From: Candidatus Latescibacterota bacterium
GTDB lineage: Bacteria > Latescibacterota > UBA2968
Direction: 5' to 3'
Length of the DNA: 64,000 bases
Assembly (NCBI GenBank): GCA_965208125.1
Contig: OZ242320.1
Coordinates: 544,001 to 608,000 of the forward strand
The notes beneath the pieces are model-generated. The model saw only the letters and a list, made by a program, of their open reading frames with translations, was not told the origin of the DNA and made no database searches. Both the position numbers and the translations under genes were made by a program. Of this stretch, positions 27,289-37,029 are shown in pieces (position 1 is the stretch's first letter; each line of letters begins with the position of its first letter).

Positions 27289-28434
27289 CTATCTCCCACG
27301 CGACGTATAAACGCGACCGCCTTTAACAACCGCAACCGGCACCAGATTCCGCCGACCCGTCCGAACTTCTCCGCGCGAATCCTCAAGACGAAACGCTCCT
27401 TCTCGCAACTCAAACACCACAGCGTCCCCAAACGCCCCTTTCGCCAGCGTCCCCACCTCGCCCTTCATCCCAATCACCTCGGCAGGCACAGACGTCACGC
27501 GCGAGATCGCCTCTTCCATCGGCAGACCCAGATGCAAAAACTTTGTCACCACAGATGCGAGATCGTAAACAGGACCGTTTACATTGTAAATATGCAGATC
27601 CGATGAAATCGTAGTCGGCAGAACATCCTGCGACATTGCCGCCTCGACAATCCCCCACGAAAAAGATCCCGCCCCGTGTCCCACATCAAACACAACGCCT
27701 CGCTCAATCGCGTCCAGAACCGAATCGCGGATGCGACCTTCGCCATCGAGAATCCCACACGGAAAGTCGTGAAAACAATGCGTCAAAATATCTCCGCCCT
27801 TCATCACACCTAAAATATCGTCAATCGAATCGCACCACGCGTCCTGCGGATGCACCATAATCGGCAATCCAGCCGCATCTGCCGCCTCTCTCGCTCTGTG
27901 CAAAGGCAACATCCCGGACCGCTCGCTGACAATACTATTCCTCGTCAATCGAACCTTCACCCCGAGAACAATATCGCGGTGCTGTTCAATCATGCGGCAA
28001 GCCTTATCCACATCCGCGTATTCGGGAATCTCGAACTCGCCGATCTCGGCAGTCAGCATACCCTGCGACGAAATATTCATCTGCGCCAAAATCCGCGTCT
28101 CGCTCACATCGATCACATACTTCCGGAACCCCGGAAAAATATCTGCACCCGCAGATCCCGCATCGACCACAGTCGTCGCGCCTCGTGCAAGACATGTGGG
28201 ATCAGGCTCAATACCGAAATGGCTAACACCGGCAAACACATGGACGTGAATATCGATCAACCCCGGCGTCACCACACAACCCGCCGCGTCAATCACCTCG
28301 CGGGCATCGCCCGTATCCAGATCTTCCCCAACAGCAGCAACCATGCCCCCCACAAACGCCACATCCCGCACGCCACTGAGGTCTTCCGCCGGATCGACCA
28401 GCATCCCGCCCTTGATGAGCAAATCGTACTTCAT
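27289..28434 (-). CDS. Amidohydrolase/deacetylase, dihydroorotase-like (EF_0837-type)
   Basis: PGLIDIHVH, VVDAGSAG, GVKVR, MVH, THC, DVGHGAGSFS, ISSDLH. Confidence 0.85.
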   Translation of the reverse strand: MKYDLLIKGGMLVDPAEDLSGVRDVAFVGGMVAAVGEDLDTGDAREVIDAAGCVVTPGLIDIHVHVFAGVSHFGIEPDPTCLARGATTVVDAGSAGADIFPGFRKYVIDVSETRILAQMNISSQGMLTAEIGEFEIPEYADVDKACRMIEQHRDIVLGVKVRLTRNSIVSERSGMLPLHRAREAADAAGLPIMVHPQDAWCDSIDDILGVMKGGDILTHCFHDFPCGILDGEGRIRDSVLDAIERGVVFDVGHGAGSFSWGIVEAAMSQDVLPTTISSDLHIYNVNGPVYDLASVVTKFLHLGLPMEEAISRVTSVPAEVIGMKGEVGTLAKGAFGDAVVFELREGAFRLEDSRGEVRTGRRNLVPVAVVKGGRVYTSRGR

Positions 28435-28464
28435 ACCAAACTCCCTTCTTGTAAACTCCTTCAC

Positions 28465-29247
28465 TCACCCGGCGTGTACGCGCGGCATGATCAGGCGGCG
28501 GTTGCGCGCCAGGGGCAACCCCGCAAAAGCGCAGCGGTTATTCCACTGATCTATAGCCGCGGCACTTTTGTATTCGTTAATAATGGCGTGACGGCCCCGC
28601 TGGGTATAGTTGTGCCCGGCCCGGTGTACCACCAGCACGTGAATAATCGCCACATCTCCGGGTTGCGCGCTCAAAACGACCGGACGTTCGGGAGCGATCA
28701 AATCATCTGCAATCGTATGGCCCTTATAGGTCGGAAACTCGCCCTCTCGATGGGAACCGGGCACCACCTCAGTAGCCCCGGCCTCAAAATCAGTGGGATC
28801 GAGATACGTGATGGCCGCAGCCAGATCTGGAATCGTGTGACGCTCATACGGCCAATCCTGATGCCAGCTCTGCGCGCAGAAAAAACCGGGTGGTTTATTG
28901 CGGATCTTCCCATTGTGAAAATCCAGATCAGGCCCCAAAAGATCGACCATAACCGAAACAATGCGCGGCTCGGTAAACTGATCGAACCAGTAGTCATCGG
29001 CCAGCGTCTGGTCCATCATACCCACCACATTCTTCGGATTAAAAGGATCGGGCTGATACCCCTCGGGCACCTCCATAAAACTGTAGCGCATATTTTGGGG
29101 GCGCCCTTCGGTGCGGATGACCAGATCGTGGAAACGGCCGCGCATCTCCTTCATTTCTCGGGAATTGTAAAAACCCTTCAGAAAAAGGAATCCATCGTCG
29201 TCAAAAGCGCGCTTCTGCTCTGGCGTCAGAATCAACAAATCGGACAT
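28465..29247 (-). CDS. Phytanoyl-CoA dioxygenase (PhyH) family
   Basis: WHQD, GAT.VVPGSH, GD…H…H…N. Confidence 0.9.
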   Translation of the reverse strand: MSDLLILTPEQKRAFDDDGFLFLKGFYNSREMKEMRGRFHDLVIRTEGRPQNMRYSFMEVPEGYQPDPFNPKNVVGMMDQTLADDYWFDQFTEPRIVSVMVDLLGPDLDFHNGKIRNKPPGFFCAQSWHQDWPYERHTIPDLAAAITYLDPTDFEAGATEVVPGSHREGEFPTYKGHTIADDLIAPERPVVLSAQPGDVAIIHVLVVHRAGHNYTQRGRHAIINEYKSAAAIDQWNNRCAFAGLPLARNRRLIMPRVHAG

Positions 29248-29300
29248 GACATAATCCTCCTACAGAATAAGCAAAGCCAACGTGATGAACAGGTGTTTCG

Positions 29301-30281
29301 TCAATGAGGATGGGTTAGTCCATGGAGAAAGGGCAGCAACAAGGCAATAGCAACGCTCACACCCAGACCGAAAGTAATCTTTGCGAAATCGGAAAGCACC
29401 AGCCGCGCCACATCTCGGCGGCGGCGGTGCCTCCCATTCCAGACGAGGGCGATCTCGCGCCCTGCCAGCAGACCGACAAAAACCCAGGTCGTGCTCATCG
29501 GGAGCTTGCTAACTTCCTTAAACAGGAATAGCACAATGCCGTAAATCAAATCTACAAAAGTCGCCGAACGGATATCAGTAGTATTCGTCTTCGTCAACAC
29601 CACCTTCTGGATCGCACCGCCATGCGTGTAAAAGATAATGGCTTGCATAGCCAACATAACGACGATGGATGCTATGAACCACTCCACAGCGATGTCTGGC
29701 GTGCGAGTAATCGGGTCGCGCGGCAGGAAAACATAGATATTGGCCAGATCCTGAATCAGCCACTGGCTCCAGAGAAAACCAGTTGAACACCACTGCGCCA
29801 CCACCCACCAGGGACTTTTCGGCCCCTCCGTTTGCCTGAAACGGGACTCTAACCCCCGCGTAACCAGCCTGTAAATAAAGATGGCGGCCACGAATGCCGT
29901 CGCATATCCAGCCAACGACTTGATCAGCATACTCGGCAATGCCTTTGGTGCAAACACCGTCAGAGTCAGGAATGTGGTACTGACTGGAATACCCCCGCGG
30001 GTCAGCAAAAGCAGTACAAAAGGCGGGATGCAGTAAACCCAGGTAAAATGGTCTGGCACTTCAATCGCCGTAAGCCTCCCGTACGAGACATCGCCGTCAT
30101 AAACCACCCACCCATACACGAGGACCACAGTCAGAATGCCGCCGCCAAAGAGCCACAGCACCCACCACGGACGGTGAGAATTGGAACTGAGAAACGTCCC
30201 CAGCGTCTGAATTGCGTCGTTGCCAACAATGGAATACGCGCCGAGCAAAAAGCCGACGACCATTAAAATCTCCAGACTCAT
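29301..30281 (-). CDS. Multi-pass membrane protein, distant phosphate-transporter-like
   Basis: GNDAIQTLGT, PVSTT and PMSTT repeated motifs; many TM segments. Confidence 0.55.
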   Translation of the reverse strand: MSLEILMVVGFLLGAYSIVGNDAIQTLGTFLSSNSHRPWWVLWLFGGGILTVVLVYGWVVYDGDVSYGRLTAIEVPDHFTWVYCIPPFVLLLLTRGGIPVSTTFLTLTVFAPKALPSMLIKSLAGYATAFVAAIFIYRLVTRGLESRFRQTEGPKSPWWVVAQWCSTGFLWSQWLIQDLANIYVFLPRDPITRTPDIAVEWFIASIVVMLAMQAIIFYTHGGAIQKVVLTKTNTTDIRSATFVDLIYGIVLFLFKEVSKLPMSTTWVFVGLLAGREIALVWNGRHRRRRDVARLVLSDFAKITFGLGVSVAIALLLPFLHGLTHPH

Positions 30282-30366
30282 AAATCCCCTCCCTATAAAG
30301 ATGTGTCAAATGTCCATTACCTGAGTCATGGCAGACATTCAACGAACGGTTGCGATGATAATGAGA

Positions 30367-31830
30367 TCACGCAATCGAAAAATCAAACCTGACATGCGAC
30401 TGATCGGGTGCAGCGGTAAATGTGACGATCGCTGTAGTACCTGTAATCTCAACTACTCGCTGTGTGATATCCGTCTCAATCCCAATCTCGAGACCATCCA
30501 GACGCCACACATCCTCTTCAAACACAGCAACATTTGGTGAAAAAATCTCAAACACAAACTCCCGCGGATGTCCAGCCTCTGTCTGCTGTTCACCTCTAAT
30601 CTCAGCCTCAATCGACAGACGGCCCGATTCCGCCTTTGCCGCAATCTGTCCAATATGCCGTAGCGCGAGCCAACCGGTTTCGCTATCTGACATGCGCCAG
30701 TGGATCGTCGCCGGATGATATTGGAAGCTCCGACCAGAATAGCCACCCGAATCCTCTGCACCGATCATGTAATGCTCATCCAGCCACGCGGTTGCAACGC
30801 GCTCATCCGTAATCCGTTTCTCAATACTTCGCGGATTCTCAAATGCCAAAAAAGCAGCAGCGATCTCTGGCGGCGTATCGACCCCGAGGATCGCAAGACA
30901 AGGTCCATAATTGAACTCTGCGTTAATCTCCTCTCCCCCCGGAAACGGCGTCACCTCACGGCCAAATGCGAGCCAGATATGCAAACTCGTAAGCGCAGTA
31001 TAGTGCTTCATATCCATCCCATAGCTGCGCGAAAAAGGCCCGCAGAGATTGCCCAATCCCGCGTGGTAATAGCGCGCAATATCCCGCCAGAGTTCTGCCT
31101 CCATATACGCGCCCAATTCGTGGAGCGCACTCTTCTTCAAATAGCGTCGCCAGAAACCGAGTGCGTAGAGATTCACACCGTAGTAGGTCGGTGAATTGTA
31201 CTCCTCAAAAGCATTATTCTGCGCGAACAAACGATAGACCTCACCGCCAAATTCCTCACCGTATAAAACCATCTCATCGTTTCCGATCCGCTCCCCAACC
31301 CATACGCACATCGCAGCCTTCATCAAAGCGATATTCGAATACGTCGGCGGACAGCGATCCGGTGGTTCGCCCACAACAGCCATCTCCAAAGACCGGATCA
31401 TGCGATCAATCAATCGCTGGGGCAACCGATCCTCATACTCCTCGAGCGCAGTCGCAAACCCAAGCCCGATAAACTGTCGCCAGTTCGGATCGTAAGCTCG
31501 CCACATCACGGCATCACCCTCTGACGGATGCGGCTCGCCCACATAGCGATAAAAAGTACCGTGGTATGGCGTCCCCGGCTCATCGAACTGATTATCGATA
31601 ATCGCATCAATCGTGCGACCTGCCTGTTCAACATCGTCACCCTGATTGCGCAGAAGAAGCCCCACCGCGAACCAGACCGAGTTCCGAACCATCAAAACCG
31701 CATCATTCCGGCGATGAGACCACAACAACGCGCTATCGGGGTCCCAGAACCCCTCTGACCACTCGAGCGACTCGGTTGCGAGATGTCTCGCATAAGGCGA
31801 CAGATCGGATAAAGAAATTCCTTCAGACAT
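30367..31830 (-). CDS. Hypothetical protein (heparinase/lyase-like alpha-barrel plus beta domain)
   Basis: DPNWRQF, YSNI.LM, EYNSPTYYG, GPFSRSY motifs. Confidence 0.55.
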   Translation of the reverse strand: MSEGISLSDLSPYARHLATESLEWSEGFWDPDSALLWSHRRNDAVLMVRNSVWFAVGLLLRNQGDDVEQAGRTIDAIIDNQFDEPGTPYHGTFYRYVGEPHPSEGDAVMWRAYDPNWRQFIGLGFATALEEYEDRLPQRLIDRMIRSLEMAVVGEPPDRCPPTYSNIALMKAAMCVWVGERIGNDEMVLYGEEFGGEVYRLFAQNNAFEEYNSPTYYGVNLYALGFWRRYLKKSALHELGAYMEAELWRDIARYYHAGLGNLCGPFSRSYGMDMKHYTALTSLHIWLAFGREVTPFPGGEEINAEFNYGPCLAILGVDTPPEIAAAFLAFENPRSIEKRITDERVATAWLDEHYMIGAEDSGGYSGRSFQYHPATIHWRMSDSETGWLALRHIGQIAAKAESGRLSIEAEIRGEQQTEAGHPREFVFEIFSPNVAVFEEDVWRLDGLEIGIETDITQRVVEITGTTAIVTFTAAPDQSHVRFDFSIA

Positions 31831-31918
31831 TGTGTGTTTCCATGTTCCAATTGGCGTTCTTCATAATATACGCTTTCATTGCAAATCGCTTACCGAAAAA
31901 ATTCCGTTAAAAAATGGG

Positions 31919-32626
31919 CTATGCCCCCTCCTTGTGTTGCCGCAACGCTTCGGCAATACGTGTAAAGCGCGTATCCTCGGGAAACTGTGCAAGCCATTCC
32001 ATCAACGTCTTATTATCCTCTGTAAACTCCGCAGCGGGATCGGCGCCACTTTCCAAAAGCAACTCTACCGTATCGAGATGCCCGTGCCCGCCAGCGCAAT
32101 ACAACACCGTATGCCCGCGATCATTTGCTACATTGACATCTGCACCATGCGCGATCAACAAACGCACAATCTCCGTATCGCCATTGCGCGCCGCATGATG
32201 CACAGGCTGATCTCCGCGCCCATCTGTCGCCGTCGCCAGATGGGGATGCCTGTTGAGCAACGCCTGCACCCGCGCTACATCTGCGAGAAAGACAGCCCCC
32301 AGGAACTGCCGAGACAAATCATCAGTCGGACGAACATGGGGATCCAGAGCACCGTATTGAATAAGCAACGAAACAATATTTTTATTATTCGGAACCTCAC
32401 CAGCGTAGTGCAACACATAGCCATCATGAGCAGCCAGATCAGCACCCGCCTCAATCAGCAGTCGCACGATATCCTCGTGTCGCCAAAGTCCCGCATGAAA
32501 AACTGGCCGCCATTCGTATTCATCATCCGCGTCAACAACAGCGGGATCGGCTGCGATCATTTTCCGCACAGCGTCGATATCCCCACGCCTGCATGCATCG
32601 TGAATTGTCAATGTGTCACTCATCAT
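31919..32626 (-). CDS. Ankyrin repeat protein
   Basis: Repeats such as QPVHHAARNGDTEIVRLLIAHGADVN and TVLYCAGGHGHLDTVELLLESGAD. Confidence 0.92.
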   Translation of the reverse strand: MMSDTLTIHDACRRGDIDAVRKMIAADPAVVDADDEYEWRPVFHAGLWRHEDIVRLLIEAGADLAAHDGYVLHYAGEVPNNKNIVSLLIQYGALDPHVRPTDDLSRQFLGAVFLADVARVQALLNRHPHLATATDGRGDQPVHHAARNGDTEIVRLLIAHGADVNVANDRGHTVLYCAGGHGHLDTVELLLESGADPAAEFTEDNKTLMEWLAQFPEDTRFTRIAEALRQHKEGA

Positions 32627-32644
32627 TAACCCTCAATTATTTTG

Positions 32645-33253
32645 TTAAAAGCGTCTTCGAGCAATAACAGAATGAAAACAAATACCGTCTCGGGGTTCTA
32701 ATCTGCGATAGTACTCCAACCTGAATGACTTTTGCAAAACTTTGAGAAGTGTCTCCGTCCTTCTCAAAGAAAAAAACCGCTTCGGCTCATAAGTATCTCG
32801 CTCCAAAACACCCTCAAAATCCTCGCCTCCCCACACGCCAACATACATCAACCCATCCTCCACGAGCCGAGCCGCAATCAAATCAAAAACCTCATCTATA
32901 TCTGCCTGCGGAATATGCAACAGACAATTCATAGAATACACCGCATCAAAAGTCTCGCTCATCTGATCGAGATTATAACAATCCAGAACGCGAGCGGAAA
33001 TACCCTTCTCTCTCGCCAGCTTTACCATCGTCGGCGCGTTGTCAACCGCAACAACCTCGAACCCTTGCTCCTGAAAGAATTTCGCATCGTGGCCGGGACC
33101 GCATCCCAATTCGAGAATAGAACTTCGCTGCTCGTTTCTCAAACACTGCAAAAACGCGCTTCGCTCTCGCACCTTAAACTCATCAGTAGAACTATGCTCC
33201 CTCTCCAGCGCATATCTTTCATACGAGGCAATCAGACTATTGGTGAACTTCAT
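32645..33253 (-). CDS. Class I SAM-dependent methyltransferase
   Basis: LELGCGPG, FDAVYSMNCLLH. Confidence 0.9.
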   Translation of the reverse strand: MKFTNSLIASYERYALEREHSSTDEFKVRERSAFLQCLRNEQRSSILELGCGPGHDAKFFQEQGFEVVAVDNAPTMVKLAREKGISARVLDCYNLDQMSETFDAVYSMNCLLHIPQADIDEVFDLIAARLVEDGLMYVGVWGGEDFEGVLERDTYEPKRFFSLRRTETLLKVLQKSFRLEYYRRLEPRDGICFHSVIARRRF

Positions 33254-33291
33254 GAAAGCCTCCTCAAAATGGATTGGCAGATGGGAACAGC

Positions 33292-33320
33292 TTGATTTTC
33301 AGCCACAGCCTCCTTATTAT
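33292..33320 (+). promoter_or_regulatory. sigma70-type promoter for the GS-family gene
   Basis: TTGATT-17 nt-TATTAT. Confidence 0.55.
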
Positions 33321-33376
33321 GCCTCGCAACATCCACAAAACCAAAGACATTTTTTGTAGATAGGGCAAAGAACTTT

Positions 33377-34741
33377 ATGACAACAGATCAAATCAGAGCG
33401 CGTCTTGAAAGCGACAAAATTCAAAAAATTAAACTCGCTGGCTTCGACATCGACGGCGTTATGCGCGGCAAATACATATCGCTCGACAAATTCTTTTCTG
33501 CCATCGAAAAGGGCCTGGGCTTCTGCGATGTGACATTTGGCTGGGATATGATCGATCAACTCTACGAACAACCCACCGTCACGGGCTGGCATACCGGATA
33601 CCCGGACCTCCTCGCCAAAATCGACCTCAGCACCTATCGCGTGATACCCTGGGAACAAAATACCGCGTTATTTTTACTCGACTTTTACGAAAACAAAAAT
33701 CAGCCACTTGCGGTATCCCCGCGCCAACTGCTCCAAACAGTCGTACGCAAAGCAAATGACATGGGATTCCAGCCATACATGTCCGCAGAATACGAATACT
33801 TCATCTTTCGGGAAACGCCCCACTCTCTTGAGGACAAAGGGTATGAAAATATGACGCCACTCTCGCCTGGATGGTTTGGCTACAGCGTGCTGCGTGCATC
33901 TGCGGCTTCAGAACTTGTTCACGCAATAATCGATGGAATGGGAGCGTATAGCGTTGAACTGGAAGGCATACACACCGAAACAGGACCCGGCGTATATGAA
34001 ACCGCGATTCGGTACGACACGGCATGTAACGCCGCAGACAAAGCCGCGCTATTCAAAACTGGCGTCAAAGAGATACTATCCAGACACGGACTCGTCGCAA
34101 CCTTTATGGCGAGGTGGAGCCCAGATTACCCCGGCTGCAGCGGGCACCTGCACCAGAGCTTGTGGAATTTAGAGGAAGACACAAATTTATTCGCCGATGA
34201 ATCAGATCCACAGGGCATATCTCAAATAATGAAACACTATATCGCCGGACAAATCGCTACAATGCCCCAAATGATGGCACTGATATGCCCGACCATCAAC
34301 GCCTACAAGCGGACAGTCCCCGGTGCCTGGGCGCCGACCAACGCCTCCTGGGGCATTGAAAATCGAACCACATCTCTCCGCGCGATTCCCGGTACATCTC
34401 CTGAATCCACGCGCACCGAATATCGACTGGCTGGCGCCGACGCCAATCCCCATATCTCGATGGCGGCCAGCCTCGCCGCCGGGCTATACGGCATAGAGCA
34501 TCAACTCGACCCCGGCGAGCCGTACAACGGAAATGCCTACGAAGCCCCCGAAGAACGGTTTGCACCTTTGCCAAAATCACTTGAAGAAGCGACAGACCGG
34601 TTAAAAAATAGCGAAATTATCCGCGCCTGTCTCGGCGACGCATTTGTAGATCACTTCGCAATCACCCGCGAACACGAAATTGCGGAATATCGACGCGCCA
34701 TAACGGATTGGGAACTCAAGCGATACTTTGAGATCATCTGA
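33377..34741 (+). CDS. Glutamine synthetase family protein (gamma-glutamyl ligase type)
   Basis: DIDGVMRGK, EYEYF, HTETGPG.YE, GCSGHLHQSL, WG.ENRT, EYR. Confidence 0.9.
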   Translation: MTTDQIRARLESDKIQKIKLAGFDIDGVMRGKYISLDKFFSAIEKGLGFCDVTFGWDMIDQLYEQPTVTGWHTGYPDLLAKIDLSTYRVIPWEQNTALFLLDFYENKNQPLAVSPRQLLQTVVRKANDMGFQPYMSAEYEYFIFRETPHSLEDKGYENMTPLSPGWFGYSVLRASAASELVHAIIDGMGAYSVELEGIHTETGPGVYETAIRYDTACNAADKAALFKTGVKEILSRHGLVATFMARWSPDYPGCSGHLHQSLWNLEEDTNLFADESDPQGISQIMKHYIAGQIATMPQMMALICPTINAYKRTVPGAWAPTNASWGIENRTTSLRAIPGTSPESTRTEYRLAGADANPHISMAASLAAGLYGIEHQLDPGEPYNGNAYEAPEERFAPLPKSLEEATDRLKNSEIIRACLGDAFVDHFAITREHEIAEYRRAITDWELKRYFEII

Positions 34742-36236
34742 ACGCCTCCACAATATAGTTCCCCACCCGCAGGGCATTTGCCGCAATTGTCAAACTCGGA
34801 TTGACGCCGCCAGATGTGGGAAACACGCTCCCATCCGTCACAAACAAATTGTCAATTCCTCGAAATCGACAGTTTTCATCCAGCACACTCGTCTCTTCAT
34901 CATCGCCCATACGCACTGACCCCACACCATGAGAAAAAGTATCAATGCGATACGTATGAAAAAAAAGCGCGCCTGACGCGCGCAAAATGTCTTTAGCCTT
35001 CTCCACCAGATAATCGCGGCGTTCGCAATCTCGCGCTGTGTACTGATGTATGACCTGTGCACGGCTGATTCCATAAACATCCTTCTCATCTGCCAGCACC
35101 ACGCGATTCTCAAACTGCGGTTCATCCTCTGCAACACACAACAGATTCTGCAAAAAGCCAGCAGCCATTGCCGTCAGGTTTTTAAGTCCAAAAGGCGCGT
35201 GGTGTTTCAGTGCTATAGGCGACGGCGTGTAAATATCCTGGATCACCCCAACGGCGCGACCGTCCTGCCCTCGACAATCTTCGTAAAAATCCGAAAAACA
35301 CACCTGCTTGTGAAACACCTGTTCGGGATTCGTGCGAAATGGAAACACCCCCGCCACAACAGCATTGCAATGCCGCATCAAAAAACGCCCAATCAAATCG
35401 CCCTGCGGAAACGAATGCAACTCTGACCGCAACAAAATAGCCGGACTTTGCAGCGCCCCCGCAGCGACAACAGCAACAGACGCGGGCACATCAAACGCCT
35501 TTTTTGTACGCCGATCCACACACGCCACAGTGCGCACGCGCCCCCGTTTGCAAATAACACGCGCGACCTGCACCCCCGTCAAAATCTCAGCCCCTGCATC
35601 TTGTGCCAATTTGAGCAACGTCATAGTCAGATCATTTTTAGCCTCAATTTGACACGGAAAACCATCGCAGGTCAAACATCGAATACACACGGTTCGCGCT
35701 CGATCCGAAAAATTGATCGCCAGTGGCATGCGAAAAGGCCGATATCCCAATGTACATCCAGCATCCCAAATGCGTTGTGCGGGGCGGGACAGTTCAATAG
35801 GCGGATACAAAAAGTCGCCCGTCCGCGGCGGCTCACACGGATCGACACCCACCTCTCCATGCACTTCCAAAAAGCGCTCGACACAATCGTAATGCGGAGC
35901 CAGATCCCCATACAAAATCGGCCACGCGACCAGATCTTCTTCGCGCAGCCTCAGCGATGCCCCACCGTAAAACACAGACATCCCACCAACCACTTCATTC
36001 TCGACCACATCTGAAAAATCGCGGTCCTCATATTGCCTGACGCGAATCGGTGATGGTCCTTGATAGCGTTTCTCAACCAGCACAGAACGGGGGTCCCAAT
36101 CCTCTGCATCGCGCCTTGCCCAATCGCCCCGCTCCAACAGTAAAACCTTCATACCCGCCGCAGCCAACACATAAGCGCAGGCACTACCTCCAAATCCCGT
36201 ACCGATAATAACAGCGTCGTAATCGTTAAAATTCAT
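34734..36236 (-). CDS. GMC family oxidoreductase
   Basis: IIGTGFGG, VGG.S..Y.G, C..C..C..FPC…AK, H..G..RMG, NLFVTDGS.FP..GVNPSLTI.ANA. Confidence 0.9.
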   Translation of the reverse strand: MNFNDYDAVIIGTGFGGSACAYVLAAAGMKVLLLERGDWARRDAEDWDPRSVLVEKRYQGPSPIRVRQYEDRDFSDVVENEVVGGMSVFYGGASLRLREEDLVAWPILYGDLAPHYDCVERFLEVHGEVGVDPCEPPRTGDFLYPPIELSRPAQRIWDAGCTLGYRPFRMPLAINFSDRARTVCIRCLTCDGFPCQIEAKNDLTMTLLKLAQDAGAEILTGVQVARVICKRGRVRTVACVDRRTKKAFDVPASVAVVAAGALQSPAILLRSELHSFPQGDLIGRFLMRHCNAVVAGVFPFRTNPEQVFHKQVCFSDFYEDCRGQDGRAVGVIQDIYTPSPIALKHHAPFGLKNLTAMAAGFLQNLLCVAEDEPQFENRVVLADEKDVYGISRAQVIHQYTARDCERRDYLVEKAKDILRASGALFFHTYRIDTFSHGVGSVRMGDDEETSVLDENCRFRGIDNLFVTDGSVFPTSGGVNPSLTIAANALRVGNYIVEAFR

Positions 36237-37027
36237 TAAACCTCAAAAACATACAAAACAATTAATCCAACAATAATAACCAGCGCCCCGTAGTGGAATT
36301 TTTCTCGGTTATCAATACATCGCTGAATTCGCGGCAAATCGGGGCGAAATTTGCCCGACATCGTGCGCTGAATATAAGTCTTGTAATACTCCACAACAAA
36401 ACGCTCCAACCCACCATTCATATACACCAGAAATCCCAACGATATGGGATGCAGGGGATCATTTAAAAAATAGAACAGCGGCGAGCAAATCGCCAGCACC
36501 AGGCCCGACCGCTGAAATTTCAAAATTTTAAACCCCTCAAACGGCGCGTCTTTATACGCCCCGCCAAGCGACACCAGCAGACCTGTTACATAAGCAGTCA
36601 GAAGAAATACCCAGAACATCGTCACAGGCGCGGGAATCAACAATACGGCAAAAACGCCCAGCACCAGCACGGTACCAACCGCATAACGCAACAAATCGCT
36701 CGCCACATATCGACCGAAAAACGTAATGCGGGAAGGCACAAAATACTTATCCTGATCTTCCGTGCGAAAAAACCCCTTATAAAGCTCGGCCAAAAACCGT
36801 TCCAACCCCATAATCAGAAAAAAAATCTGAACCCATCCCAACGCAGAAAAACTCGCCTTAAAAATCGGGGCAAAATACAACACCGCAAAAATCACAACAT
36901 GAAAATAAACACTCCTCGGAAACGTCCTGGCCTTAAAATCCTCGTAAGGCGAATCCTTAAACGCCCCCCACAGGGAAGTATAAAGTCCAGATACAATACT
37001 CACGCCCAGACCAATATAGAAATTCAT
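36236..37027 (-). CDS. Uncharacterised membrane protein with internal two-fold repeat
   Basis: GAFKDSPYEDFK vs GAYKDAPFEGFK; GLERFLAELYK vs GLERFVVEYYK. Confidence 0.75.
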   Translation of the reverse strand: MNFYIGLGVSIVSGLYTSLWGAFKDSPYEDFKARTFPRSVYFHVVIFAVLYFAPIFKASFSALGWVQIFFLIMGLERFLAELYKGFFRTEDQDKYFVPSRITFFGRYVASDLLRYAVGTVLVLGVFAVLLIPAPVTMFWVFLLTAYVTGLLVSLGGAYKDAPFEGFKILKFQRSGLVLAICSPLFYFLNDPLHPISLGFLVYMNGGLERFVVEYYKTYIQRTMSGKFRPDLPRIQRCIDNREKFHYGALVIIVGLIVLYVFEV

Positions 37028-37029
37028 AG

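Noticed and set aside
27850-29307. Long + strand ORFs (485 aa here; also 49567-50796, 37804-38733, 2570-3409, 31832-32629, 59151-60020)
   Set aside because: Antisense shadows of well-supported minus-strand genes, with no recognisable motifs.
33377-34741. Canonical glnA
   Set aside because: Sequence fits the gamma-glutamyl ligase-type GS-like subfamily, so no symbol was assigned.
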